A stretch of 63,380 nt of DNA, the filler included, from Saprolegnia diclina VS20 (lineage: Eukaryota), in the NCBI RefSeq assembly GCF_000281045.1. It is 8 parts of 4 records of this genome, joined end to end, with 100 filler letters (N's around TTAATTAATTAA, not from the genome) between each part and the next. Parts side by side here need not be neighbours in the genome. Positions count along the whole stretch, not along the records: positions 1 to 17,170 come from NW_008246196.1; positions 17,271 to 22,788 come from NW_008246198.1; positions 22,889 to 39,818 come from NW_008246198.1; 5 more parts are not named here. The stretch is one strand, 5' to 3'. Shown here piece by piece: positions 12,301-23,494 of the stretch (its first letter is position 1; each line of letters opens with the position of its first letter). The notes below the pieces were generated by a model. It worked only from the letters and a program-made list of their open reading frames with translations. It was not told the origin of the DNA and searched no databases. Both the position numbers and the translations under genes were made by a program.

Positions 12301-15300
12301 CGTACGCGGTGCTGAACCGGTCGATGTGCTGCTATGTCCAGCCTGCGACGCTCGACCAGATCCTCGATTTACTGGAAGCCGACGTCGTGTCCGATGGCCT
12401 CTTGCAGATCATGGTCGAGATTGGCCTCCACAGCATTGGTGTCAAGCAGCTCAAGCGCTTCTTCCGCCTCTTGCAAAAACCGTCGATGGCGTCGCACGCC
12501 GCGCCGCTTGTCCACGCCCTCTACCGCATGGTCACGCCCAAGCGCGTGGGCCCGAGCCGGTTCTTCTTTCTCGATGGCGAGCAGTCGGGTCTCGATGTCG
12601 CACCGTCGTTTACGCTGCCGTCGCGCGGCTACACGCTGCACACGTGGGTCCGTCTCGACGAGGCGCCGTCGCGGAAGAAGCAGACGCTCCTCTCGATCCG
12701 CGACGAGACTGGTGACGGCTACCATCTCTATGTGCAGTCGGGCGTCTTGTGCTATGCGATGCCGCAGAATGTGTTTGTGTCCACGAACGTACCCTTGGTA
12801 CCGCACACGTGGCACTGCCTGAGCTGGTCCCACGCATCCGGGTCATTCCGGACGCGGCCCGAAGCGAGCGTGTGTCTTGACGGCGACGTGGTCTGGAGTA
12901 CGAACGACGTGCCGTCGATCGAGCTGGCGGCCGTGACGTCGTGCCACATTGGCTGCGATGTCGGCGTGACGCACCTCGGGCGATTGCAACTGGGCGCCGT
13001 CTACTTGTTTCGAAGAACGCTCTCGCGCGAGCACGTGCGACTGTTGCACCGCCGCGGCCCAGACATGCTCTTGGCGCGACCAGACCCGCTCCTTGACGAG
13101 CTTCTCTGGAGCTACCACCCGAGCGTGTGGGAAGGCCAGTACTTTCTCAACGGCAGCTTGCACTTTCAAGAGGCGACACCGCATCAACTCGCGGCGCGAC
13201 GTCTCGAAGGCACGTACCACGTGTACACGCGGTATGTCGTCGACGTTCTCGATTGCATCGGTGGCATTGCAGTCGTCTTGCCGCTGCTGGCGCTGTTTGA
13301 CTATGAGCCGAGTCCGGATCTGACGGCGAATGTGCTGCAGCTGCTCATGGCGCTGCAGCACGACCACAGTGCGAACCAGCGATTTCTTCATGAAGGCCAC
13401 GGCGTGCGGGTCGTGGCATATCTTCTCAGTCGCATGGCGCCGCAGCACCGTACGATTCAGGTCGTTGATGTCATGACGGCGCTCTTGCTCGACGCGCCAC
13501 GACCTGTGCAAGGCCTCATCATCAAGCACTGGCTCGGTAACTTGTATCTCTGGTCGTTTGCACCGCTCCACGTGCAGTTGTACGCGGTGGCAACGCTGCG
13601 CCGGCTCGTGCTCTCACCGAGCTTGCCGTGGCCGGCGCATCTGACCGTGCGCAAGCTCCTCGACGATCTCCGGCTACACTATTGGTTTACACCGCCGACT
13701 GCAATTTGGGCGAGCGAAGGCGGCTGCATGGACGCAACCGCGGGTGTATTGTCGCCTAGCCACTTTGAAAAAGGCGCCATGTTCAATCGACGCGAGTGGT
13801 GTCACCCCGAGACGCACGCACATGTGGCGTCCCATCTGAGTGCCGCCGAGTGCCACCAAGTGCGCGACGCGCTTCTCGAACTCCTCGAGACGCTGCTTCG
13901 CACCAAGAAAAGCCTCGAGGCCGCCGATGTGAACGCGCTCACGGGCTTCCTCGCCTTCTCGGGCGACGATATGCAAAAGAAAGATGTTCTGAACGTGCTC
14001 CTCCGCCTCTTTGCCGAGCCAACGCTGGCGCCAACGCTCGCGGCGCTTGTCGAGAAGGAGGTCCGGCGCCAAGTCAACACGCCGGATGCCAATTTGGACC
14101 CGCATTATTGCGTCACGCCGTGGAGCGGGTTTGGCTCGCCCCTCTCGGCGGCCGACGCTGTCGTGGCGCTCGTGCTCCGACGGCCGCAGTTGTCTGGACA
14201 CCTCAAGCTGCTCGGGCTTGAAATTGTCGTACAGTGTCTGAGTGTATCGCCGGTCGAGACCGTGGCGCACCGCCCGCACTCGGTGTCGATGCCGTCGACC
14301 GTGCTTGCGACGGCGCTTGCGTTCAAGCCGCGCCTTGCGGCCTCGCACAACGACGTGCGCTTCGCGTCGCACCTTCGCCGCATGAGCAGCTACAGCTTCA
14401 GCGAGCTCTCGGACGATGACAGTGTGACCGAGACGACGATGACGACGACGATGTACGAGATACCGTCGGACGCTGTCGGACACGTACTCGCAGCACTAGC
14501 GTTCGTACCGGCCGAGGCGTACGACGACGTGGTTCTGCTCTGCTGGCGTCTCCTCGTCAACGACCGTCGGCACGTTGTCGTGCCAGCGCTGTTTGCGGCC
14601 ATGCCCCGCGCGTCACTACCCACGTGCCTCGATGTGCTGCGCGGACTTGACCATCAGCTGCGGCTTTTGCAGCTCGTGTGTCACCACCGCGTCCTGCGGT
14701 CGTGGATGCTGGTGCTGCAGCGCTGCGAGACGGACGATGACCGACAAGTCGTGCTCAATGTCGCTGTCACGTGGTCGGTGCACTGCATCGCGACGGCTGT
14801 CGACGGCTGGGTCACCGTGCACCGGTGTCTCGCGCTTCTCGATGCGATCTTATCGCCAGAATCGCTGGCCGATGAAATGCGCCAGCGGTACTTGACGCAG
14901 CTGCTGCAACACCTGCGGCACTTGGATGTGCCGAGCCGACTGCAAGCCCACGGGTCGAAATGGCAGTACGCCTCGTCCGACCCGATGGACGCGGATCGAC
15001 AGCAGTGGCTCCTCGTGCACGCCAACGTCTGGCATCTCGTGTTTGTAGTCGAAGACGACCGGTGTCGCGCCGCGCCGACGGTCGCGCTTGTCGAAGCGCT
15101 CTTGCATCTGCTTCGGCGTACGTCCTCTCTCTGTGGATCTTGATGCAGATATAAACACATGGAACAGGTATGGACATGCTGTACTGGACGGCATTTCCGA
15201 TTGAGCTCGAGACGGCGCAGTCGTGGACGGCTCGAAAGGGCGGCGTCGTGCGTGCGGTCTTGCGTCTCCTGCTGCCGTTGCAGCACGCCGTGCCCTTGCT

Positions 15301-17170
15301 CCACGAGTACCTCTTCCATGACCAGTGCCCCCACGCCCGCGGCGACGCTCAGCGGTACATTCTGCGCGCCTTGGCCGTCGTCTCGGGCCTCTGCAGAGCC
15401 GAGCCGCAGGGCGAGTTGCGTCAAACAACATTGGACCTTGCACGCCGGCACAAGGCGCTGCTGCAACTGCGTTTCCTCGACCTGCAGCAGTCGTCGACGT
15501 CGTCTGTGGCGCCAACGGCGTCGTCCGAGCTGGTGGCAACAGCGTTGTTGGCCGAGTTGCGGAGTGCGTTGCAGTTGCCGTCGCTCGAGTGGGCGCACTG
15601 GGACGTGCTTGTGCCGCCATACGACCCAATGACGGACGACAGCGGCCATTGGGCAGCCGAGATGGCCTCCGAGCGGCGTCAAATCGTATACACTCGATCA
15701 ACGCTGCGTGGTCTTTGACATTTGCCCGTAGGTCGCACGCGAGTCGCTGGCTGGAGTACACTGGGAGCTGCTTGCACGGCAGTGCCACCACCATCGGTAT
15801 ACGTCCAAGGTAATGTCCTTGGCATCACGTTCCTATCGCTGATCGAATGACACTAGACCATGGACGACATCTTGAGCAGCGCCATGCAGTGGGAGCGGTC
15901 GGTGTGGAAGCTAACGAGCGATTCGTACGAGAAGCAGCGCGTACACGCGAGTCACACGTGGCAGCGTCTGCTGCGATCGCTCACGAACGAGCGCGCATCG
16001 TGGGGCTATGACGGTAGCCGCGGCGTCGCCGTGCATTGGAAGCTTGACAGCGCCGAGAACGCGCGGCGAGAGCGCTGTAAACTCAAGCGGTATTACGCCC
16101 GGGATGCGACGCCGATGGCTTTGACCGAGCCGCCGACCATCTCGCAAACAGATGCGCAGCTGTCGCTGGCGACCGAGCTCCTCCAGGCCAAGGCGCTTGC
16201 CGCGTACAACGAAGACTTTTACGAAAAGCTCAAGATGCGCGACGAAGCCGGCAACGAGCAGACGCCGCTAGTTGCGCTGACCGACGGCATCGACCCCGGG
16301 GCACGCATCGTGTCGTTCGAGTGCATGTGGATCGCCAAGACCAAGCACGAGCCATGTCATCTGCATCTGTACCCGACGTACCTCAGTCTGGTCGTGCAAG
16401 CAACGAGCAAGCACATCAAATGGCCGCTGCCGGTGAGTCTCCTCTGCTCTAACGCACGACAAATACTTTGTGGGTAGGGCTTGCTGCAAGTCGAGAGCCG
16501 TCGGTTCCAGTTTCGATCCTCGGCGCTCGAGTTCTTCTTTCGCGATGGCGCGACCATTTTCGTGCATTTTCTCGACAAGAAAGCTGCCGCCTTGCTGCAG
16601 CAAACGCTCCGCTTCATGCAACCGCCATCGCTGCAGCCGTCGCTCGGGCGCACGCCGCGCGCGCGGTTCGAGCACTCGAGTGCGACCCAGCGCTGGGTCG
16701 ACCGAAAGCTCTCGAATTTCGAGTACCTCATGCATCTCAACACGGTGGCGGGGCGTACGTACAACGATCTCGCGCAGTACCCGGTATTTCAAAGTTGCAA
16801 CAAACATTTTCCCAAATTTTTCGTAGATTTTCCCGTGGGTCTTGTCCGATTATACGAGTGACACGCTTGATTTGACCAACCCGGCGACCTTTCGCAATCT
16901 CTCGCGGCCAATTGGCGTGCAGAACGACGCGAGCTTGGCGTTCTTCACGGAGCGCTACAAGGTGCTCGAAGTCGAGTACCAGCGGTCGCTCCAGACGCCG
17001 CATTCGGTATCCTATCCCTACGTTGGATAGGATACTACAGCTACATGAGCGTAGGAGGACGACATGCCCCAGCTACCGCCGTTTCACTATGGCACGCACT
17101 ACTCGTGCTCTGCGTTTGTCATTGGCTTTTTGCTGCGATTGCAGCCATTCACGAGCTACCACAAGCAGCT
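9306..17170 (+). CDS. BEACH-domain protein (neurobeachin/LYST-like), multi-exon, truncated by a gap
   Basis: 1957-aa first ORF with a ConA-like segment ([17 protein letters not shown]) and [11 protein letters not shown]; later exons give PH-BEACH ([13 protein letters not shown]) and BEACH ([38 protein letters not shown]). Example intron 15118-15167. Confidence 0.92.
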
Positions 17171-17270
17171 NNNNNNNNNNNNNNNNNNNNNNNNNNNNNN
17201 NNNNNNNNNNNNNNTTAATTAATTAANNNNNNNNNNNNNNNNNNNNNNNNNNNNNNNNNNNNNNNNNNNN
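17171..17270. other. Artificial gap linker N44-TTAATTAATTAA-N44 (also 22789-22888, 39819-39918, 50539-50638, 57027-57126, 59671-59770, 61620-61719)
   Basis: Identical 100-nt structure seven times; the 12-mer puts stops in all six frames. Confidence 0.97.
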
Positions 17271-17582
17271 CTTTTGCTTGCTTTTTTCTTCCGAGGGGCT
17301 GAGTTTTCCACGAATTCCACTATTGAGTACTACAGACACCTTCTGCGTTAATTGACAAGGGAATTGGAGGGTTAGGGGAATACAGACACATCTGGTCTCA
17401 CACTTGGCGCCATCGGTCGATCCAATCAGATGCCGTGTCGCCGGAGCTGACCAATTAAAATCTGTACCGCCTAAACTGGTCAATCAGACGCTGTAGACGT
17501 GTTTCGCGGTCAAAAGTGAGGTGGCTGGAGCGTTTGACGCGGGGCGCTCGACTCTTGGGGCCCTCACTTCTCAATTGACGGC

Positions 17583-18499
17583 ATGGCCCCCACGCCGAAG
17601 CACCAGCGCGTTTGTCGCCAACGCCTCAGCATCGCCGACCAAGCCAGCATCGTGGGCAAGGTCAAGGCCGGCAAGATGAGGGCGGAGGTTGCCCGCGAGT
17701 ACGGCGTCTCGCGCCAGGCAATCACCACCTTGATGAAACGCAGCGACGCCGAGCTCCAAGCGCAGCGGGCGTACGGACTAAGCGGCACGAAGTTCAAGCG
17801 GCGGACGCTTACTGTGGTGTACCCAACGAAGGCCATCGACCACGCTTTGCTCAAGTGGTTGCAGTGCGTGGTACGATAGTTGTCCACCTGAATATGGCTG
17901 TGCTAACACTTTTACACTGCATAGACAATGAAACGCCACCAAACCAGTACAAGTCTATCATTTTCCTCCTCTTGCCTCCAAACGCAACGAGCGTCTTGCA
18001 GCCGATCGACATGGGCATCGTCCGCAGTCTCGAGGCGAAATACCGCAAGCTTCAACTACGCGACCTCTTCGACAAGCTGGACTCTCATTTCGCATCCAAA
18101 TCCAGCAGCCAGTTCGACGTCAAGAAGCACATGCACCTCTCGCACTGCCTCGATTGGCTCCGCGCGGCATGGGACGACACGCCCGAGAACATCATTCGCC
18201 GATGCTGGGCAAAGGCCTCCGTACTGCCCGCCCCTCTGAACGCTCTGTTAGAGCAAGATGTCGACCGACCCGTCCAGCAAGCCCTCGAGATCGACGAGCT
18301 AGCTACTCTACTTAAGCGCTCTTCACTACTAGAACAGGCAAAGCATGGGGTGACTGACGGATATGTCAACGACACCAACGTCTTGGCGTGCTGTCATGCA
18401 CTGCTGTCGTTTGACATTGACGAGGCTGCGATGGAAGTCGACGAGAACGAGAACGAGGACGAGAACGAGAACGAGGCCATTCTGTGGACGGCAGAAATC
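17583..18499 (+). pseudogene. pogo/Tigger (CENP-B/DDE_1) transposase relic, internally deleted and interrupted by an insertion
   Basis: N-terminal HTH (RAEVAREYGVSRQAITTLMK..IDHALLKW), then in another frame the DDE_1 C-terminal motif LPPNATSVLQPIDMGIVRSLEAKYRK and AWD....IRRCW. The middle of the catalytic domain is missing. Confidence 0.85.
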
Positions 18500-18661
18500 G
18501 GCGAGGTGGCAGATAATCTGGGATTCCAACGCCATTCGCCCGGAGTTTTTCCGGGATGGGTGCCCGATTTCCGGACGATGTACGGTTGGTTATTCGCCAC
18601 CATGGCAGATACCAGCCAATGGGAGCGCCTCGGAATGGCAACCGTCCGGCAACCGCCAGGA

Positions 18662-18812
18662 AACAGCCAATCAAATGCCTGGTTACCAGTCCCAACGACG
18701 AATAGGATCGCTGGATACCAACTTTGACATGGCAACCGCCACGCAACAGCCAATCAAATGCCTGGATACCAGTCCCAACGACGAATAGGATCGCTGGATA
18801 CCAACTTTGACA
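18662..18812 (+). repeat. Subterminal direct repeat, two ~68-bp units with period 83 (again at 20821-20971)
   Basis: AACAGCCAATCAAATGCCTGG(T/A)TACCAGTCCCAACGACGAATAGGATCGCTGGATACCAACTTTGACA at 18662 and 18745. Confidence 0.9.
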
Positions 18813-18929
18813 CACCAACCGAAATGGCGTTTCAGGATGCGAGATGCTGGATGACTAGAAGGCGATTGACTATCTTCCAGCGCATCCATCGTGCAAATCG
18901 TCGCAAAATGTACATTCTTTACTGCTAGC

Positions 18930-20444
18930 CTATATTAAACTGCGTTGCGTGACCATGGCAGCTTGGTACAGCGCATTCCGCTGCTCGGTGTTCATCGTCG
19001 ACCACACGCGCTGCATTGCGTCGGCCGCAGTTTCTCGTTTGCCCTCGGCATTTCTGAACCGCTTAGGATTAGCAGTGTACTTGTTCACCGTGGCCAAACG
19101 ACAGGGCGAAAAACCGGCAGAGTCGAACTTGTGCGATTTCCGTCGGGGTAGCCCACACTCGACGCAAGGCGTGTCCTCTTGTCGCGGCTGGCGCGCCGTG
19201 AAGGCGCGTCGGGCTGTGCTCGACCGCGATGGCGAAGACGCTCGAGTTTGGCTAGGCCGTGCAGCTAAATTGCGACTGTTGACTCTTGCAGCACGGTGGC
19301 CAGATGGGGCCGGCGTCAAGGTTGCCCGCATTTGTGCTGTTGGTGCAGAAGCTGTTGGTGCATAAGCTGTTGGTGCAGGAGCTCTTGGTGCCGGAGCTGT
19401 TGGTGCTGGAGCTGTTGGCGCCGGAGGTGTTGGTGCTGGAGCTGGCGCTGCAGGAGTTGGTGCTGTCGGAGCTGGCGCTGCAGGAGCTAGTGCTGATGAT
19501 GTTGGTGCTGGCACTGGAGGCGCGGTGCTGGCTGCTGTACCTTGAGCGCAAGGCGCAGCGTCAGGATGGAGCTCCGTCGTCCGCCGCAACTTTTCGCTTT
19601 GCTGGTTGAAGTCTTGTCGTTCCTGGTGCGTATTGCCTTTTGACTGCGCCGCCTGGATCGCCTTCGGTACGGCTTTAGTGCCATAGGCCTTCAAGTGCTC
19701 GGCGTCCTTGAAGGTAAATTTGTCGACGGGCCACGTGAAGGTCTTGTACTGCACGACGGCCAAGTCGTTGATCAGCGCCATCGCGATGACTTGCTTGAAC
19801 GAGCGGACTTTGCCCAACGCTACGCTCTCCAAGCCAACGACGACTTGCCACGAGCTGTTCCAACCATTGAGATGGCACCCTTGCTCCCCGCAGGCAACGC
19901 ATGTCAGCTCGAACTCGCGCATGGCTTCGCCGTAAAACAAGAATGGGCACAAGACAAAGACTTGCATGTTGGAGAAGAGGAAGTCGAACATCGTCGCGTC
20001 GCCCGCCTTGAGCAGCGCGTTGGGGAGCATAAAAGAGTCGTTGGACCACTTGGTCTTGTCCAAGGTCGCCGACTGGGCCACACGAGTGCCATACATCCTC
20101 GGGAGTGTCGCCGAGACGCGCCGCCAGTGCTCATCGAGGTGCGCCTTGAGATCGGAGCGATTGAAGCCGACGGGCTCATCTCCTTCATCGTCTCCTTCAT
20201 GGACCGCATCGCAGTTGTAGTCGTCTGGTCCTGGACCCGCGTCTGCAGCGACGACGGCAGGCTCGAGTCTCGGCAAGTGAGGGAGCATGAGCTGTTGGCC
20301 TTGGTCCGCCGCCGAGCTGCCGCGGCGCTTTGGATGGTGCGGGCAGTGGTCGTGGTGCCGAGTACGCGAGCCGCACCCGAGACAGTGGCCTGTCGCACTG
20401 CGGTGAGTTGGGTCGGGGCGGATGCGCGTCGCGGAGCTGTCCAT
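18930..20444 (-). CDS. Core-deleted transposase derivative: Cys/His clusters, Ala/Pro/Thr-rich linker, no DDE core
   Basis: Single open frame with CLGC....HHDHCP, VFVLCP...CVAC....HLNGW, FKDAEHLKAY, APT repeats and CVEC.....H......C. ATG 20444 follows an Inr-like CCATTTTCGGATTTCG; ATG 20492 is an alternative start. Confidence 0.7.
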   Translation of the reverse strand: MDSSATRIRPDPTHRSATGHCLGCGSRTRHHDHCPHHPKRRGSSAADQGQQLMLPHLPRLEPAVVAADAGPGPDDYNCDAVHEGDDEGDEPVGFNRSDLKAHLDEHWRRVSATLPRMYGTRVAQSATLDKTKWSNDSFMLPNALLKAGDATMFDFLFSNMQVFVLCPFLFYGEAMREFELTCVACGEQGCHLNGWNSSWQVVVGLESVALGKVRSFKQVIAMALINDLAVVQYKTFTWPVDKFTFKDAEHLKAYGTKAVPKAIQAAQSKGNTHQERQDFNQQSEKLRRTTELHPDAAPCAQGTAASTAPPVPAPTSSALAPAAPAPTAPTPAAPAPAPTPPAPTAPAPTAPAPRAPAPTAYAPTASAPTAQMRATLTPAPSGHRAARVNSRNLAARPSQTRASSPSRSSTARRAFTARQPRQEDTPCVECGLPRRKSHKFDSAGFSPCRLATVNKYTANPKRFRNAEGKRETAADAMQRVWSTMNTEQRNALYQAAMVTQRSLI

Positions 20445-20658
20445 GTCAATCGAAATCCGAAAATGGGCGATCGCCACGATAACCTCTAGCATTCGATACT
20501 CGCTATTCGTTGTAACAGGTAGGACGCTCGGCAAAGTGCGCCGGCGGCTGCCAGCAGCCAAATGTCCACCAATCAGAAGCAATTTATTCGCCCACAGCCA
20601 CCAATCAGATCCCTGGTTACCACTATGATCCCAGAGATTTGGCAGCCTCGCCCAGAAA

Positions 20659-22788
20659 GGCGAGGTGGCAGATAATCTGGGATTCCAACGCCATTCGCCC
20701 GGAGTTTTTCCGGGATGGGTGCCCGATTTCCGGACGATGTACGGTTGGTTATTCGCCACCATGGCAGATACCAGCCAATGGGAGCGCCTCGGAATGGCAA
20801 CCGTCCGGCAACCGCCAGGAAACAGCCAATCAAATGCCTGGTTACCAGTCCCAACGACGAATAGGATCGCTGGATACCAACTTTGACATGGCAACCGCCA
20901 CGCAACAGCCAATCAAATGCCTGGATACCAGTCCCAACGACGAATAGGATCGCTGGATACCAACTTTGACACACCAACCGAAATGGCGTTTCAGGATGCG
21001 AGATGCTGGATGACTAGAAGGCGATTGACTATCTTCCAGCGCATCCATCGTGCAAATCGTCGCAAAATGTACATTCTTTACTGCTAGCCTATATTAAACT
21101 GCGTTGCGTGACCATGGCAGCTTGGTACAGCGCATTCCGCTGCTCGGTGTTCATCGTCGACCACACGCGCTGCATTGCGTCGGCCGCAGTTTCTCGTTTG
21201 CCCTCGGCATTTCTGAACCGCTTAGGATTAGCAGTGTACTTGTTCACCGTGGCCAAACGACAGGGCGAAAAACCGGCAGAGTCGAACTTGTGCGATTTCC
21301 GTCGGGGTAGCCCACACTCGACGCAAGGCGTGTCCTCTTGTCGCGGCTGGCGCGCCGTGAAGGCGCGTCGGGCTGTGCTCGACCGCGATGGCGAAGACGC
21401 TCGAGTTTGGCTAGGCCGTGCAGCTAAATTGCGACTGTTGACTCTTGCAGCACGGTGGCCAGATGGGGCCGGCGTCAAGGTTGCCCGCATTTGTGCTGTT
21501 GGTGCAGAAGCTGTTGGTGCATAAGCTGTTGGTGCAGGAGCTCTTGGTGCCGGAGCTGTTGGTGCTGGAGCTGTTGGCGCCGGAGGTGTTGGTGCTGGAG
21601 CTGGCGCTGCAGGAGTTGGTGCTGTCGGAGCTGGCGCTGCAGGAGCTAGTGCTGATGATGTTGGTGCTGGCACTGGAGGCGCGGTGCTGGCTGCTGTACC
21701 TTGAGCGCAAGGCGCAGCGTCAGGATGGAGCTCCGTCGTCCGCCGCAACTTTTCGCTTTGCTGGTTGAAGTCTTGTCGTTCCTGGTGCGTATTGCCTTTT
21801 GACTGCGCCGCCTGGATCGCCTTCGGTACGGCTTTAGTGCCATAGGCCTTCAAGTGCTCGGCGTCCTTGAAGGTAAATTTGTCGACGGGCCACGTGAAGG
21901 TCTTGTACTGCACGACGGCCAAGTCGTTGATCAGCGCCATCGCGATGACTTGCTTGAACGAGCGGACTTTGCCCAACGCTACGCTCTCCAAGCCAACGAC
22001 GACTTGCCACGAGCTGTTCCAACCATTGAGATGGCACCCTTGCTCCCCGCAGGCAACGCATGTCAGCTCGAACTCGCGCATGGCTTCGCCGTAAAACAAG
22101 AATGGGCACAAGACAAAGACTTGCATGTTGGAGAAGAGGAAGTCGAACATCGTCGCGTCGCCCGCCTTGAGCAGCGCGTTGGGGAGCATAAAAGAGTCGT
22201 TGGACCACTTGGTCTTGTCCAAGGTCGCCGACTGGGCCACACGAGTGCCATACATCCTCGGGAGTGTCGCCGAGACGCGCCGCCAGTGCTCATCGAGGTG
22301 CGCCTTGAGATCGGAGCGATTGAAGCCGACGGGCTCATCTCCTTCATCGTCTCCTTCATGGACCGCATCGCAGTTGTAGTCGTCTGGTCCTGGACCCGCG
22401 TCTGCAGCGACGACGGCAGGCTCGAGTCTCGGCAAGTGAGGGAGCATGAGCTGTTGGCCTTGGTCCGCCGCCGAGCTGCCGCGGCGCTTTGGATGGTGCG
22501 GGCAGTGGTCGTGGTGCCGAGTACGCGAGCCGCACCCGAGACAGTGGCCTGTCGCACTGCGGTGAGTTGGGTCGGGGCGGATGCGCGTCGCGGAGCTGTC
22601 CATGTCAATCGAAATCCGAAAATGGGCGATCGCCACGATAACCTCTAGCATTCGATACTCGCTATTCGTTGTAACAGGTAGGACGCTCGGCAAAGTGCGC
22701 CGGCGGCTGCCAGCAGCCAAATGTCCACCAATCAGAAGCAATTTATTCGCCCACAGCCACCAATCAGATCCCTGGTTACCACTATGAT
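20659..22788 (-). mobile_element. Copy 2 of the 2153-bp element, head-to-tail; right end lost in the gap
   Basis: Matches copy 1 at an offset of 2159 wherever compared; separated from it by CAGAAA (20653-20658). Confidence 0.88.
21089..22603 (-). CDS. Second copy of the core-deleted transposase derivative
   Basis: Translation identical to 18930-20444. Confidence 0.7.
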   Translation of the reverse strand: MDSSATRIRPDPTHRSATGHCLGCGSRTRHHDHCPHHPKRRGSSAADQGQQLMLPHLPRLEPAVVAADAGPGPDDYNCDAVHEGDDEGDEPVGFNRSDLKAHLDEHWRRVSATLPRMYGTRVAQSATLDKTKWSNDSFMLPNALLKAGDATMFDFLFSNMQVFVLCPFLFYGEAMREFELTCVACGEQGCHLNGWNSSWQVVVGLESVALGKVRSFKQVIAMALINDLAVVQYKTFTWPVDKFTFKDAEHLKAYGTKAVPKAIQAAQSKGNTHQERQDFNQQSEKLRRTTELHPDAAPCAQGTAASTAPPVPAPTSSALAPAAPAPTAPTPAAPAPAPTPPAPTAPAPTAPAPRAPAPTAYAPTASAPTAQMRATLTPAPSGHRAARVNSRNLAARPSQTRASSPSRSSTARRAFTARQPRQEDTPCVECGLPRRKSHKFDSAGFSPCRLATVNKYTANPKRFRNAEGKRETAADAMQRVWSTMNTEQRNALYQAAMVTQRSLI

Positions 22789-23494
22789 NNNNNNNNNNNN
22801 NNNNNNNNNNNNNNNNNNNNNNNNNNNNNNNNTTAATTAATTAANNNNNNNNNNNNNNNNNNNNNNNNNNNNNNNNNNNNNNNNNNNNCACGCATCAGGC
22901 TCGAAAAGGCACCCAGCAGGCAAGCTTGTTGGGTCGATGCACAATTTACCTAGTATCTATATACTAGTACGAGATGGCGCTAAAGTGGCTACATCGGGTT
23001 TGGTAATGAACGGCTGAGAGTAGTACTTGAACAATTCGGATTGTTCCCAGTGTATTCTGTCTACACCTACAACACGACGCCATCACTACGCCACGGCTGC
23101 AGTCGCGCAACAGCCGGCACTCCATACAGAAGCGAGTCCCTCTTGTTTGCGGTGTGAAAGACCGCACCATCATCGTCTCGTCCATCCAGGTGGTGGCGGC
23201 TAGCATTGCACACACCAGCAAAAGAAGCAGAGCACAAACTCTGGTTCGGAGGGCGAGGCTTCTCGTTGATGTTGCTGCTCCATTCGTCGTGCAAGGTTAT
23301 CGCGCCACGTTGAAGCCAAAGTGCACTTTGCAGTACTCATCTGTGCGAATTCCAGGATTGCGACGCTGTGATTGGCTCATACCATTGGCATCTCAGCTTT
23401 ACGATCCACACGAGGCCCGCCGCGCTTCTTCGCCGGACGTTCGCTCGCTTTTTTATAAATCGGAATGTTAAACTTACGCTATCGTGGATGACAA

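Larger units (their letters stand above)
18500..20652 (-). mobile_element. 2153-bp non-autonomous DNA transposon, copy 1
   Basis: Left end GGCGAGGTGGCAGATAATCTGGGAT; right end reverse complement GGCGAGGCTGCCAAATCTCTGGGAT (18/25 match). Left flank CAGAAATC; right flank CAGAAA. Confidence 0.85.

Noticed and set aside
9367..16807. Many antisense and alternate-frame ORFs over the BEACH gene and other genes
   Set aside because: Shadow ORFs caused by high GC3 codon usage.
17612..18727. 371-aa ORF as a real protein
   Set aside because: Chimera of an off-frame 5' part, the pogo DDE tail and the inserted element's terminus.
18662..18812. Direct repeats that might suggest a CRISPR-like array
   Set aside because: Only two long units, no unique-spacer series, no cas genes, eukaryotic context; they are transposon subterminal repeats.
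20445..20912. 660-aa ORF 18930-20912 as a longer gene
   Set aside because: The extension is chance read-through across the dimer junction and the non-coding end of copy 2.
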